Of a stretch of 56,332 nucleotides of DNA, positions 16,552-26,334 are shown piece after piece; the first letter of the stretch is position 1; each line of letters opens with the position of its first letter. The stretch spans positions 1-56,332 of IMG/VR virus record IMGVR_UViG_3300028260_000001, one strand, 5' to 3'. The DNA comes from a virus (Duplodnaviria > Heunggongvirae > Uroviricota > Caudoviricetes). Below the pieces are notes generated by a model. It saw nothing but the letters and a program-made list of their open reading frames with translations, ran no database searches and was not told the origin of the DNA. The position numbers and the translations under genes were made by a program.

Positions 16552-18045
16552 TTAAGCTACAGCAACTTCTTTCGAGTCACTCGAACCTTTATCGTTGTTG
16601 ACTTTCAGTTCAGCCAGGATCACATCTACGTATGCAGAAGTGGTGCGAGCCAAGTAACGGATGATTTCGTTACCGCGTGGGTTTGCCTTGTGCAGCAGCT
16701 GTCCAACCGAAGACGACATGTTATCTGCGTTTTCGGCAGCGCTATTTTCCATGCCTTCAGCAGCCGAAGCTTTCTTCAGACGTTCCAGAGCTTGACCTAC
16801 TTTCTCAGCAGCGGCAGCCATGTTTTCATAGTGCTTCGGATAATCCTTCAGCGCTTGCAGAACGGTACCCATGTCTTTCAGGTCAGATTGGATGATGTTA
16901 GACGAACGAGCTTGCGCAGTAGTATCGCCTACGTTACCACCCTCACCTTCTTTGATACCATAGGAAAGACCAGAATCAGATACATCAATGGCCACACCAC
17001 CAGGTAGAGGGCGATCCGAGAACTTGATGTCTTCAAGAACGGAACCAGCCTTAGCTACGATGTCACGAACCGACGACATGTCATCATGAGCAGGATCGTA
17101 GTTACCAATAGCGGAAGCAAGAGCATTGTAGAACTGAGTCATGCGTTCTGGATAGACTTTAGCTGCCAGGCCAGTGATTGCTTTCAGTTCGGCTGGGAAG
17201 TTAGGGTTAACCTTGCCAGCGATAGCAATGCGATCTGGATTAGGGATCTTGAATTCCCCTTTGGAACCTTTGCTAGCTTGAGCAGCTTTATTAGCAGCAT
17301 TCAGTTTGCGTTCCAGACCAATAACGCCATTGCGCAGGTCATTAACAAACTTCTTACCTTTCTCAATAAGCTTCTTCAGGAATTCCCAGATCTTACCTGC
17401 AGCTTCTTTGATCTTCGAACCGAGTGTATCGGATTTCAGTTTCGAAGGTAGCAGGTGTTGTTTCTCGCCCTCACCCATGTCTTCCATAGAAGCGATGAGT
17501 TTGGAGAAGTCGATGTGACCATCAGACTGGAATTGTTCCAGACCTACTCGCAGGTAACCAGCGGCTTGACGGGAGATGCCATCTGGACCAGCTTGACGCA
17601 GCAACTTAGCGTATTGTTCCAGAGCTACTTGAGTTTCAACGACCTCAGTAAGGTCATTGCTCAGGGCAGTGGATTCAACGATGGTTTGATCCATCATGTC
17701 CATGGTGTTGTCGTGATCCAGCGGCGATTCGATGATCAGTTCACCAGCTGCTTCCAGTGGGATCTCTTCAGCGATAACAGGGCCTTCGCCTTCAATAGCG
17801 GCAGGTACTACAGCTGGAGCTTCTGCAACAATCGGAGCTTCTTCGATAACAGGAAGCGGCGATACTTCAGGGATACCGGCAGGCATCTCACCGGCGTCAG
17901 GAATAGTGGAAGGTTCATTTACTGGAGCGGCAGAGTCAACGACTTGCGGATCAACAGTATTACCTTCAGCTACGGCAACGACAGATTCTGGAATTGGCGC
18001 TTCCTCGAAGTTTTCCAGGGCTGCCATAAGTTTTTTGAGTTTCAT
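16552..18045 (-). CDS. Inner-head protein, phiKZ gp93-95 paralog family
   Basis: 497 aa; acidic propeptide, ALEQY..LLR..G..GISRQAA motif, amphipathic helix. Confidence 0.75.
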   Translation of the reverse strand: MKLKKLMAALENFEEAPIPESVVAVAEGNTVDPQVVDSAAPVNEPSTIPDAGEMPAGIPEVSPLPVIEEAPIVAEAPAVVPAAIEGEGPVIAEEIPLEAAGELIIESPLDHDNTMDMMDQTIVESTALSNDLTEVVETQVALEQYAKLLRQAGPDGISRQAAGYLRVGLEQFQSDGHIDFSKLIASMEDMGEGEKQHLLPSKLKSDTLGSKIKEAAGKIWEFLKKLIEKGKKFVNDLRNGVIGLERKLNAANKAAQASKGSKGEFKIPNPDRIAIAGKVNPNFPAELKAITGLAAKVYPERMTQFYNALASAIGNYDPAHDDMSSVRDIVAKAGSVLEDIKFSDRPLPGGVAIDVSDSGLSYGIKEGEGGNVGDTTAQARSSNIIQSDLKDMGTVLQALKDYPKHYENMAAAAEKVGQALERLKKASAAEGMENSAAENADNMSSSVGQLLHKANPRGNEIIRYLARTTSAYVDVILAELKVNNDKGSSDSKEVAVA

Positions 18046-18106
18046 GTTTGTTCCTCAAGGAATTTGTGCTGAGCTAATTGCAATTAACATAGCATTGGGT
18101 AGTTCG

Positions 18107-18131
18107 AAATAAAGGGAGCCCGAAGGCTCCC
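18107..18131 (-). terminator. cUUCGg intrinsic terminator
   Basis: Minus strand GGGAGCC-TTCG-GGCTCCC-TTTATTT. Confidence 0.8.
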
Positions 18132-18137
18132 ATCTAT

Positions 18138-20567
18138 TTAGGCTTTGCCTTTGGCACGAGCAGCGATCATTGCATCGCATGCAGCAACACGAGCGTCGCA
18201 CATCTTAGTAATGACACCAGCTACCACAACAGCGCTACTAACCATTACCTGACGTTCCATGGCGTTGTAGAAGTGAGTTACGTTCTCTTCAGGAACACCC
18301 GAAGCAACACGACGGTCCAGGGTTTGGTTCAGTTGAGCACGCTGACGTTCCATGGCGATACGCGATTTCTCGATACCCGCCAGAGCTTTCAGCAGTTTCT
18401 TCTGACGAGACAGAGCTTGATCGATCTGACGCTTCTTAGCGATCTTGACCGGTGGGAGCTCACCCATCATGCCTTCTTGACGAACTTGGATCTTGCAACC
18501 CTCACCAGGAGCAATGGTTCGTTGGCCAGGTACTGCCTGAGTTGGCATCCCTTGGAACAGTTGTGGGATTGCGCGTTCAATAACCTCACTGAAGCCCATG
18601 ATGCCGTCATCGAACGAAGCGCTACCAGCATACGAAGTCAGATCACGTGCGATCTTTTCCTGAGTAGGAATGTAGTGACGGATCAGCCAGTTAGTCATTG
18701 CTTCTTCCCAAACTGGATCCAGTTGGATGTCACCACCAACAAAGAGATCACCAGCTTCTGGGATGTAGACCATACCTTTCGGCAGGCTAGGTGCAGACGG
18801 ACTTTCTGGAACTGGTTCTTCAATCACAGCGTCTACTGGTGCTTCGCCAGGAGCAGCCGATGGACCACTCAGCATACGGGCAGCTTGAACAGACTTCAGG
18901 CGAGTACCGTTAGGCAGAGACAGCGGAGCGCTAGAAGCAGGCTGGCCTTCTTCTGGAACAGCGCCGTTGGTCAGCAACAGTACGTCTGTGTTCTTTTCAA
19001 CACCAAAGACTTTCTGCCACAGGTTCTTAGCCCAGTTCGAGAATTGTTCCCACAGGCGTGCGAAGAACTCTTTGATTTTACGCCATGCTTCTTTACCAGC
19101 AGCACCTGCACGTTGCAGCAAACCAGGACCGGATTTTTGTTGACCACCAACTACAGTCAGAGCACGAGAAGGCAGAGCTTCGAAGTCTTCTTGCGATACG
19201 GTGTTGCCTTTACCCAAGTGAGCAGCCAGGAAGAAATCGGTAGCTTTGATAGCACGGGTAGACAGTTTGTCCAGGTAACGACCAACTTCGATAACACGAG
19301 TTTCAACTTCATAGCCTTTCAGTACTTTGATAACTGCACTGGAAATAGCTTCTTGTTGTTCGTGTGGCAAATCGCTAGTTGACGAATCACCTTCACTAAT
19401 CATCCGTTCGCCAGCGGCAGAGAATTTCTTAGCAGTATCAATAGCCTTTTGATCTTCCGATTCAATGGCTTGCTTAACCGCTTCCATGTACTTGCGCAGA
19501 TCTTGTGGTGAAGGAAGGGCTACTTCTACTGCATCGCTTTCTTCAGAAATCTCGATTGCGAGCACGCCGTCTTGAGAACGGGTAACCACAGCACCGTGGA
19601 TTTCCCACTTGTTCTGTTTCCCAGACATGGTCTTACGAACGATATCGGCAGAACGATCCTGAATTTCTTCAATCTCCATTTTGCCGGATTGCTTAAGGAG
19701 ATCGGTCAGCTGGGTAACCATATCAGTAGCGTCGGCAATGTACTGAACGAGACCTTCGTTACGGCACTTGTTTTCGGCATCCATGGAGAGATCCAGCTTA
19801 CCACCACGAGTTACGGCCATAGCCAAAGCTGCTGGAACTTGGACAGTTTTAGGAGCACCTGGGTTACGGGCTTCTTTACCATGGATAGCATCGAGTACTT
19901 GGCTAACCGACAGGCCAGACGGAGCTGACAGACCTTTAACCTTTTCAGGGTTGTTAGTCGCTACGGCTTCAGTGGCAGCAATCAGGTATACAACTGCTTC
20001 TTTCTTCTTCTCGCCACGGAGGGAATTGAAGAACTCTTTCAGTTGTGCGGCTTTCTTACGCAGCCATTCCCAGATCTTGGCACCGATTTCTTTCAGCTTA
20101 GTACCAATGCCTTTCTCATCGACGGTGGCTTTTTGCATAGCCATGACTTGAGTACCAGAGCTTTCGTTCTCCAGACCCAGGCTAGTGATACCCATCAGAC
20201 GAGTAGCACGTTGCATACCTACCGCCATGAAAGCAGCCGATTGGCGAGTCATGTTGGTGCCGGAACTACGCAGGAGTTTCGAGTAACCTTCCAGGGCGAT
20301 CTGTGCACCCAGCAGTTGGCCTGCTTCGGAGTCAGCATTCTCGGCAAGTACTTCTTCCTGGACGATTGGGGCTTCCAGGGGTTGCAGTGGAGTAGGGTCG
20401 AGTTCTGGAGGTAGTTCAACAACTTGTTCTACTGGCAGATCTGCAACAGGAGCTACAAAATCAACAGCGGGTTCTACTACCGCTGGAATATCGCCATCCA
20501 TCAGTGGCGATGGGATAGCATCATCGAAGTTTTCATTCGATGTAACGTAAGCCGAGAGGTTCAGCAT
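18138..20567 (-). CDS. Inner-head protein, double-module paralog (809 aa)
   Basis: AAGGA RBS before MLNLSAYVTSNENF; two amphipathic-helix modules separated by VSQEDF. Confidence 0.75.
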   Translation of the reverse strand: MLNLSAYVTSNENFDDAIPSPLMDGDIPAVVEPAVDFVAPVADLPVEQVVELPPELDPTPLQPLEAPIVQEEVLAENADSEAGQLLGAQIALEGYSKLLRSSGTNMTRQSAAFMAVGMQRATRLMGITSLGLENESSGTQVMAMQKATVDEKGIGTKLKEIGAKIWEWLRKKAAQLKEFFNSLRGEKKKEAVVYLIAATEAVATNNPEKVKGLSAPSGLSVSQVLDAIHGKEARNPGAPKTVQVPAALAMAVTRGGKLDLSMDAENKCRNEGLVQYIADATDMVTQLTDLLKQSGKMEIEEIQDRSADIVRKTMSGKQNKWEIHGAVVTRSQDGVLAIEISEESDAVEVALPSPQDLRKYMEAVKQAIESEDQKAIDTAKKFSAAGERMISEGDSSTSDLPHEQQEAISSAVIKVLKGYEVETRVIEVGRYLDKLSTRAIKATDFFLAAHLGKGNTVSQEDFEALPSRALTVVGGQQKSGPGLLQRAGAAGKEAWRKIKEFFARLWEQFSNWAKNLWQKVFGVEKNTDVLLLTNGAVPEEGQPASSAPLSLPNGTRLKSVQAARMLSGPSAAPGEAPVDAVIEEPVPESPSAPSLPKGMVYIPEAGDLFVGGDIQLDPVWEEAMTNWLIRHYIPTQEKIARDLTSYAGSASFDDGIMGFSEVIERAIPQLFQGMPTQAVPGQRTIAPGEGCKIQVRQEGMMGELPPVKIAKKRQIDQALSRQKKLLKALAGIEKSRIAMERQRAQLNQTLDRRVASGVPEENVTHFYNAMERQVMVSSAVVVAGVITKMCDARVAACDAMIAARAKGKA

Positions 20568-20577
20568 GGTGGTTTCC

Positions 20578-22200
20578 TTAAGGAGTGTTGTATTGAATGG
20601 TCGCTGCAGCAACCATGTCCATGAAGTGGAGACGGACTTTAACGCGGTTTTCGATGTAGGACATTGTACGACCGATATCGTAAATGTTGCACACACGGCT
20701 GACACGAGCGATAGCCGACATGGCTTCGTCGTTACCTTTCAGCTTATTAACGAGTTCTTCGAACTTGGCGATGTATTGCTCGACTTTATCCGTAGACGGT
20801 TTCAGGGCTTCCAAACGAGCTAGTACTTTCTCGTTAGCTTTACCTGCAGTAACTGCATTAGGATCATTGGCTTTAATACCAATCTTAGCCCCAACGCCAT
20901 CACCTTCTGAAGTGTTACGGATGGCCCAACCTAGTTGATCTTCAATCGGATTGAACGTAGAGTTACCGGCAGTCTGAATGGTTGGTGTTCTGTAATCTCT
21001 AAGAATAGTACCATCCAATACCATCAGGAAACCTTCTGTGATTTCATTTGGTTTGTTTGCACTTACGATCGAGTTACATGCACCGTACAGTCGTTCAATT
21101 GCAGGTAGCCAAGAGTTCTGAATGTAGTCGAGAACTTCAATTTCGCCAGCTCCATCAAAAGATAGCTCATTGCTTTCACCAATCATGAACAGAGAACGTG
21201 GCATCGTGGTGTAGGTCTTCTCAGCTACTTCCGGAGCGGGCTTGTTATCCTTGTCCAGTTGCTCTTTGAATTCCTTAGCCCGTTGCATTGCGGCTTTGTT
21301 CTTCTTGTATCGGGCAATGGCTTCACCGGCTTTGAATGGTTTGCGTGTCGGAGATGCTGGAGGCTCAGGAATCGTGTCTGTTTTCTCAGGAGCATTTTCA
21401 GCTACGTCCAAGACTTTCAACAGATATACGTTTTCTTCTTTCTTCTGTTCGACCCCTTGGAACAACTTAGCAAACAGACCTTTCAGTTTGTTCCACAGTT
21501 CCAGGATCTTAGCCCACGCTGCTTTACCGGCTTCTTTAAGCTTCTCGCCTAACCCTTCAGCGGACACCGTGTAGCGTTGTGCACTCGGGCCTTCTAGATA
21601 GGACTCATTAGAAACGTTCACGATCCCTAGACGCTTCTGGATGCGTTCTAGACCAACAACCATAAAGGCAGCGGATTGATGGGTCAGATCTTTACCGGAA
21701 CTGCGCAACAGATCCTTGTAGCACTCAACGGCATACTGCACATCAGTGGTAGATTCTTCTTCCTCATCGTCTTCAGAAGGTTCATCGCCATCTAATAGTT
21801 CTTGGTTATCAGAATCTTCAGCTGGAGCATCCGACTGTACATCTTCGTCGTCACCTTCGACTGGTTCATCAGTACCAGCGTCTTGGTCACCACCACCTAG
21901 ATCAACTTCGGAAGAGTCTGCAGTGTCATCCTCTTTTGGATGTTCTTCTTCAAACTTCTTCTCTTCAGATTCCTCGTAGGCTTCTTCGGTGTCTTCAGCG
22001 TTCTTTTGCTTTTGTAGCATGTTAGTGATAACACCATCATCTTCGTTAGACTGTTCGGAGTTATCTAAGGGTTTGATCAGTTCTTCCGGGATACCTGCGA
22101 CGTACGTATTTTCACCATCAGTGGACACGTCGTCTCTTAGGGTATCAGGGAGACTATCGAAGTCTTCCATGGAAGGGAGATATGCTTTCATGTTCAGCAT
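20578..22200 (-). CDS. Inner-head protein, gp93-95 paralog family
   Basis: 540 aa; PSMEDF, acidic propeptide, LLRSSG..LTHQSAAFM motif, amphipathic helix. Confidence 0.75.
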   Translation of the reverse strand: MLNMKAYLPSMEDFDSLPDTLRDDVSTDGENTYVAGIPEELIKPLDNSEQSNEDDGVITNMLQKQKNAEDTEEAYEESEEKKFEEEHPKEDDTADSSEVDLGGGDQDAGTDEPVEGDDEDVQSDAPAEDSDNQELLDGDEPSEDDEEEESTTDVQYAVECYKDLLRSSGKDLTHQSAAFMVVGLERIQKRLGIVNVSNESYLEGPSAQRYTVSAEGLGEKLKEAGKAAWAKILELWNKLKGLFAKLFQGVEQKKEENVYLLKVLDVAENAPEKTDTIPEPPASPTRKPFKAGEAIARYKKNKAAMQRAKEFKEQLDKDNKPAPEVAEKTYTTMPRSLFMIGESNELSFDGAGEIEVLDYIQNSWLPAIERLYGACNSIVSANKPNEITEGFLMVLDGTILRDYRTPTIQTAGNSTFNPIEDQLGWAIRNTSEGDGVGAKIGIKANDPNAVTAGKANEKVLARLEALKPSTDKVEQYIAKFEELVNKLKGNDEAMSAIARVSRVCNIYDIGRTMSYIENRVKVRLHFMDMVAAATIQYNTP

Positions 22201-22224
22201 AGCAGGTCCTCAGGTTAAAAGATA

Positions 22225-22254
22225 CATAAGATCGGGGACAAGCCCCGATCTAGT
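22225..22254 (-). terminator. Hairpin-TTATG element
   Basis: Minus strand ACTAGATCGGGGCTTGTCCCCGATCTTATG. Confidence 0.55.
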
Positions 22255-22258
22255 AGTT

Positions 22259-23380
22259 TTAGATTTCTGTGTGGAGAGCTTCCAGAATAGCGGACTGTGC
22301 CTTACTGAGGAACATGTAGAGATGCTGCGCTTGCTCTTGCAATGCCTTGAGATCTTTCAATACATCAATGAGCACATTGATAATAGAAGAGTCGACGTCT
22401 TGTACGTTGGCATGTCCATCCATCAGTAGTTTCATCAGTTTTGTTTGCAGTGACAAAACTTTGTGCCGATGTTCAGTCAGGAACTCAGCTTCTATCTTCA
22501 CCTTATCGAGTGCCGCCGTGTATGCACTGAGTTCACGGACTTGAATTACAGCGTCGCTACTCTCAGTACCAGTCACCACAGCCCATCCACCACTATCATT
22601 GGAATTGATGGTGATGTTCGGATATTTCTTACCGGTATAAGCAGGAACTTCCCGACCAACTACCGCTTTCATACCTTCCAGATCAGAATCGCCAATAGCC
22701 TTGTAGACCTGGTCAATGCCATCTTGGACGTGCTTCGCCATGGTGTTGAAACACCAATCAGCTAGTTCGTGGTAGTACGAGGGATCTACAGGCTTATCGT
22801 CGATTACAGCGTAGAAGGCCAGTCTGGCAGGAATAGTAACCTTACGACCACCATTGGCACCGTTTGGCCCACTGTGTTCCTCACGGGCAATTTGTTTCAG
22901 TTCCGACGCTTTGGTAGCGGTTTGCTGGTTCTTGTCGAAGAGTTTCTCCCAGAGCGCTTTCGCTTTCTCCATAGCCTTCTGCATAAGGGCTTTGAATTTC
23001 TCCCACAATGCTTTCGCTTTAGCGCCAAGCCCTTCTTTAGTGACTGACTTCGATTGTTCGTTACCGATCCGTTTCATATCGCCGTTGGTTTCGTCTTCCA
23101 AGGCAATGACGAGTTCAGACTTAGCACCCAGTACTTTATCAACCCGCTTCAAACCAATCAACATAGCCTTAGCAGTTTGCTTGGAGATACCATCCCACTT
23201 AGCAGCGGTAAGGATCTGTTGATAGCTTTCCAGTGCAACAGAAGCTTCTACGATCTCTTCAATTTCATGGTCAATGAACTCAGCTGCCTTTTCATCTTCG
23301 ACTAGACCAAAGTCGATCATCTCTTCTTTCTCAACGGCTACAGGTTCTACTGTGCCAAAGATTTCTTCTTCGTTTTGCAT
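22259..23380 (-). CDS. Inner-head protein, gp93-95 paralog family
   Basis: 373 aa; ALESY...GISKQTA motif; KALWEKF/KALWEKL amphipathic helix. Confidence 0.75.
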   Translation of the reverse strand: MQNEEEIFGTVEPVAVEKEEMIDFGLVEDEKAAEFIDHEIEEIVEASVALESYQQILTAAKWDGISKQTAKAMLIGLKRVDKVLGAKSELVIALEDETNGDMKRIGNEQSKSVTKEGLGAKAKALWEKFKALMQKAMEKAKALWEKLFDKNQQTATKASELKQIAREEHSGPNGANGGRKVTIPARLAFYAVIDDKPVDPSYYHELADWCFNTMAKHVQDGIDQVYKAIGDSDLEGMKAVVGREVPAYTGKKYPNITINSNDSGGWAVVTGTESSDAVIQVRELSAYTAALDKVKIEAEFLTEHRHKVLSLQTKLMKLLMDGHANVQDVDSSIINVLIDVLKDLKALQEQAQHLYMFLSKAQSAILEALHTEI

Positions 23381-23382
23381 GA

Positions 23383-24477
23383 TTAAACCCTTTGGGAATT
23401 CGTGGCGGTTTTAACTTCGTGATCGATAATCTTCAGGTGTGCTTCGATGACACGACCCAGATACCGAATGATACTCGAGTTATTGTTATCAACTTTCGCA
23501 GTGTTCTGTAGGACCGTAGTGATCATGGCGTTAGCATTCTGCTGCTTCTCCTCATCTCCGTCTTTGGCCTTAGCTTCTAATTCATCAGTAGCCTCAACAA
23601 CTTTGTTGATCGATGTTTCGATACGTGCAGATACTTCCTCAAGTTTCTCTGCAACACCAATGATGTTGATGAGATGATCCAATACCTGGGTAAGCTCACC
23701 AGAACTACGGACCTTACGAACAACTTCTTCATCGACTACTCGTGCTTCAACTTCAGCGATCGAATAGTTATAACCTGATTCATCCGGCACAATCATTACG
23801 TTGCCTGGGTAAGTCTGATTATCAATGTTCGAGAAATTCAACGGAGCCAACGATTCCTGTACGGCCTTAACCATAGTGGTAGCGTCATGACTTGGATCGA
23901 ACGATTTAACTACAGAAGCCAGTTCTAAATAGAAGTCGTTGATTGCATCAGGATAAGCAACTGCACCAAAGTTAGCCAATGCACGGAGCTGGGTAAAGTT
24001 ACCGTTACCAAAGTCTCCTTGAATGGAAACCTGTTGAGCAAGTTTGGCTGGGATGTGAACTTCGGTGTTGGTATCAGGTACGGATTTGACAGTACCTTTC
24101 AGGGTCTCTACTTTCTCTCGCAGTTTGGAGAACGAGGTCAGTAGTGCACCTACTTGGTTACGGACCATCTCGTAGATCTTTTTCAACCACTCCTTAAAGC
24201 GGGCGATAGCTGACGATACTTTAGAACCGATAGAACTCGAGTCTTCCATACTCAGTGCCAGTGACACGGCGTTCTTCAAATCAGTATGGCTTTCTAGAGA
24301 AGCTGTTTCTTCACCGATGTAGCGAGAGATTCGAATGACGTCATGGCCGACAACAATAGCTGCTTGACGGGACAACCCACCTGCTGCTAGTTGACGATAC
24401 TCTTCAAGTGAGACTAACATCTCCCCGAGAGTTCTTAATTTATTTTGAAGCCGAATCCTTTCAAGTTCGAGGGACAT
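23383..24477 (-). CDS. Inner-head protein, phiKZ gp93-like
   Basis: Start MSLELERIR at 24477; SLEEY...GLSRQAA; C-terminus IIRYLGR matches IIRYLAR of 16552..18045. Confidence 0.75.
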   Translation of the reverse strand: MSLELERIRLQNKLRTLGEMLVSLEEYRQLAAGGLSRQAAIVVGHDVIRISRYIGEETASLESHTDLKNAVSLALSMEDSSSIGSKVSSAIARFKEWLKKIYEMVRNQVGALLTSFSKLREKVETLKGTVKSVPDTNTEVHIPAKLAQQVSIQGDFGNGNFTQLRALANFGAVAYPDAINDFYLELASVVKSFDPSHDATTMVKAVQESLAPLNFSNIDNQTYPGNVMIVPDESGYNYSIAEVEARVVDEEVVRKVRSSGELTQVLDHLINIIGVAEKLEEVSARIETSINKVVEATDELEAKAKDGDEEKQQNANAMITTVLQNTAKVDNNNSSIIRYLGRVIEAHLKIIDHEVKTATNSQRV

Positions 24478-25792
24478 TTGTGTTACCTGCGATTTCGTTT
24501 TTAGTAGGTTTACGGAGAGGAGGTTGGTATGCCTGTAGCTCCAATTCAGCAACATACGTTAAACCACCTAGAGTCCTCAAAACCCCAGCCAGCGCGTTGT
24601 TGTAGTCGGTGACCATACGAGAGACATTGTTTATCATCAATGTAACCGATTGGACAATGTCCGAAATAGCAGGACGACCCTTAACAGATTTGTTTTCATC
24701 GTCTTGTTTATCGGCATCATCAGGTTCAGCTTTAAACTGACCTGCTTTAGTTCGAACTTTCTCACCAGAGATCTGGATCTTACGAAGTGACTGAGCTAAC
24801 TTAGATTCGTATCCCTTCCGAGATTGGAATCGTTTAGACAGAGCCAACAGTTGACTGAGCCGTTGTTGGATCGAACCCATCTTATCCACTTCAACGACCA
24901 AGCCATCTTGGCCAGGGCCTTGCAGTTCACGGACGGTGTAATAACGGAAAGAGAAATCTCGAACCGTATTAACCATTGCTGCCCAGTTCATTACCTTATC
25001 GTCCTCACCTTCATGTTCAATAGGACCAGACGCATAAAGCGATTTGTTCCCTTGGACTGGAGGCGTACGATATAGTGGCGAAGCTACACGAATACGATCG
25101 TCTTGTTCTACTTGCTCAGCCTTAAGCATCCACGATGGTGGTGTTAGCTTAGAGAAGTCAATACCGGTTTCTTCTGTGAAGTCATTGTTGAACGTAAGCT
25201 TGTCAAAGACTTTAGACACTTCGTCGATGTACTTCAAGAACACTTTGTCATAGAAAGCAAAAGCAGAGTTCGCTAACGTGATGACCCGTGTAATATCTTT
25301 CGGTTCGTATTGACCATCGATATTGAACTTCTTAGGAGACCGCAATGTGAACTCGCTCTTATAGGGCGGGTTCTTTATGGCCTGAGACTGTTCATACAGC
25401 ATGTTGACTTTAGCAGCGAGCTTATCAGCCCCCACGTTAATCACACGTGCATACTCGATCGTTTCAGTTTGGAGTTGCTTTAACGACTCCACTGATTTGT
25501 CCCAGATCTTCTTAGAAGCATTAGAGATGTCCTCTAAGGAGAGATACTCCCTAGGTGCTACATCTGAGAACTTTTCTAAGGCGTACTGGAACATCGTCTC
25601 ATCGGGATCTAACCGTTGAGCTTCCAACGCAACACCGAAGGACAAGCTTTGTGCTAGCTTACGTAGCGTTGCCTCTGTGCGTTCTTCCAGAGATACGAAT
25701 TGATATTCGAGCGAGGCGATCATATCGACGGGTTCTACCCCGTCGACTGATTTAGGGGTCTCTGGAGCAATCGCATTGGTTGCACCAACCAT
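24461..25792 (-). CDS. Head protein, phiKZ gp92-like
   Basis: 443 aa; five S/A-L-E sites in the N-terminal 90 aa; synteny. Confidence 0.7.
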   Translation of the reverse strand: MVGATNAIAPETPKSVDGVEPVDMIASLEYQFVSLEERTEATLRKLAQSLSFGVALEAQRLDPDETMFQYALEKFSDVAPREYLSLEDISNASKKIWDKSVESLKQLQTETIEYARVINVGADKLAAKVNMLYEQSQAIKNPPYKSEFTLRSPKKFNIDGQYEPKDITRVITLANSAFAFYDKVFLKYIDEVSKVFDKLTFNNDFTEETGIDFSKLTPPSWMLKAEQVEQDDRIRVASPLYRTPPVQGNKSLYASGPIEHEGEDDKVMNWAAMVNTVRDFSFRYYTVRELQGPGQDGLVVEVDKMGSIQQRLSQLLALSKRFQSRKGYESKLAQSLRKIQISGEKVRTKAGQFKAEPDDADKQDDENKSVKGRPAISDIVQSVTLMINNVSRMVTDYNNALAGVLRTLGGLTYVAELELQAYQPPLRKPTKNEIAGNTNVPRT

Positions 25793-25800
25793 GTTGACTC

Positions 25801-26322
25801 CTATTTGATTTTGACGGTAGCTTTACCGAACAGCATGTGCATTGTAAACATCAGGTCATCGAAACCATTCTTTTGCATGCACCACTTTTGAATCATGGCT
25901 TCCGGAGAAGTGCTGAGTGCCAGAGTCTTGAACAGATCCTGTACATCGCTGCGGCCACCGATGAGTTGGAGACCAGTAGGTGGTTCATCCGATAACATCA
26001 TTGGCCACGAGTGGATATTCAGTTCACGACGACCCGTTGCAATAAAGCGAATGGTATCGAGCAAGAACTTGTAGTTCCAATCCACACGTTGTGCGTTAGT
26101 GTCCTGGAGGATAAACCAATTATAGTTACCCCCGAACAAACGAATCGCTTCAGCAATCACACGCTTACGGAAGTCCCAATGCACTGCCCGAGTAGGGAAA
26201 GTGGTATACTCTTGGAACAGGTCTAAAACACGTTCGTCGCGTACACTTGTAATGTAGCGACGTTGTGCTTGAGCCTGACCACCGGAGTATTCGTTATTCA
26301 TTTTTACTGAATTCGTACCCAT
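25801..26322 (-). CDS. Conserved protein, phiKZ gp91-like
   Basis: 173-aa ORF, AAGGA RBS; synteny. Confidence 0.7.
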   Translation of the reverse strand: MGTNSVKMNNEYSGGQAQAQRRYITSVRDERVLDLFQEYTTFPTRAVHWDFRKRVIAEAIRLFGGNYNWFILQDTNAQRVDWNYKFLLDTIRFIATGRRELNIHSWPMMLSDEPPTGLQLIGGRSDVQDLFKTLALSTSPEAMIQKWCMQKNGFDDLMFTMHMLFGKATVKIK

Positions 26323-26334
26323 GGTCAGATTCCT

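Noticed and set aside
18273-19382. 369-aa plus-strand ORF (also 10902, 50498, 51795, 52926, 54664 and similar)
   Set aside because: Fully antisense to motif-bearing genes; explained by codon bias of the real strand
20568-20705. Extended N-termini in the ORF track (also at 657, 1748, 3385, 8067, 13090, 24555, 28590, 43004)
   Set aside because: They overlap neighbouring genes, promoters or terminators; downstream ATGs have better RBSs
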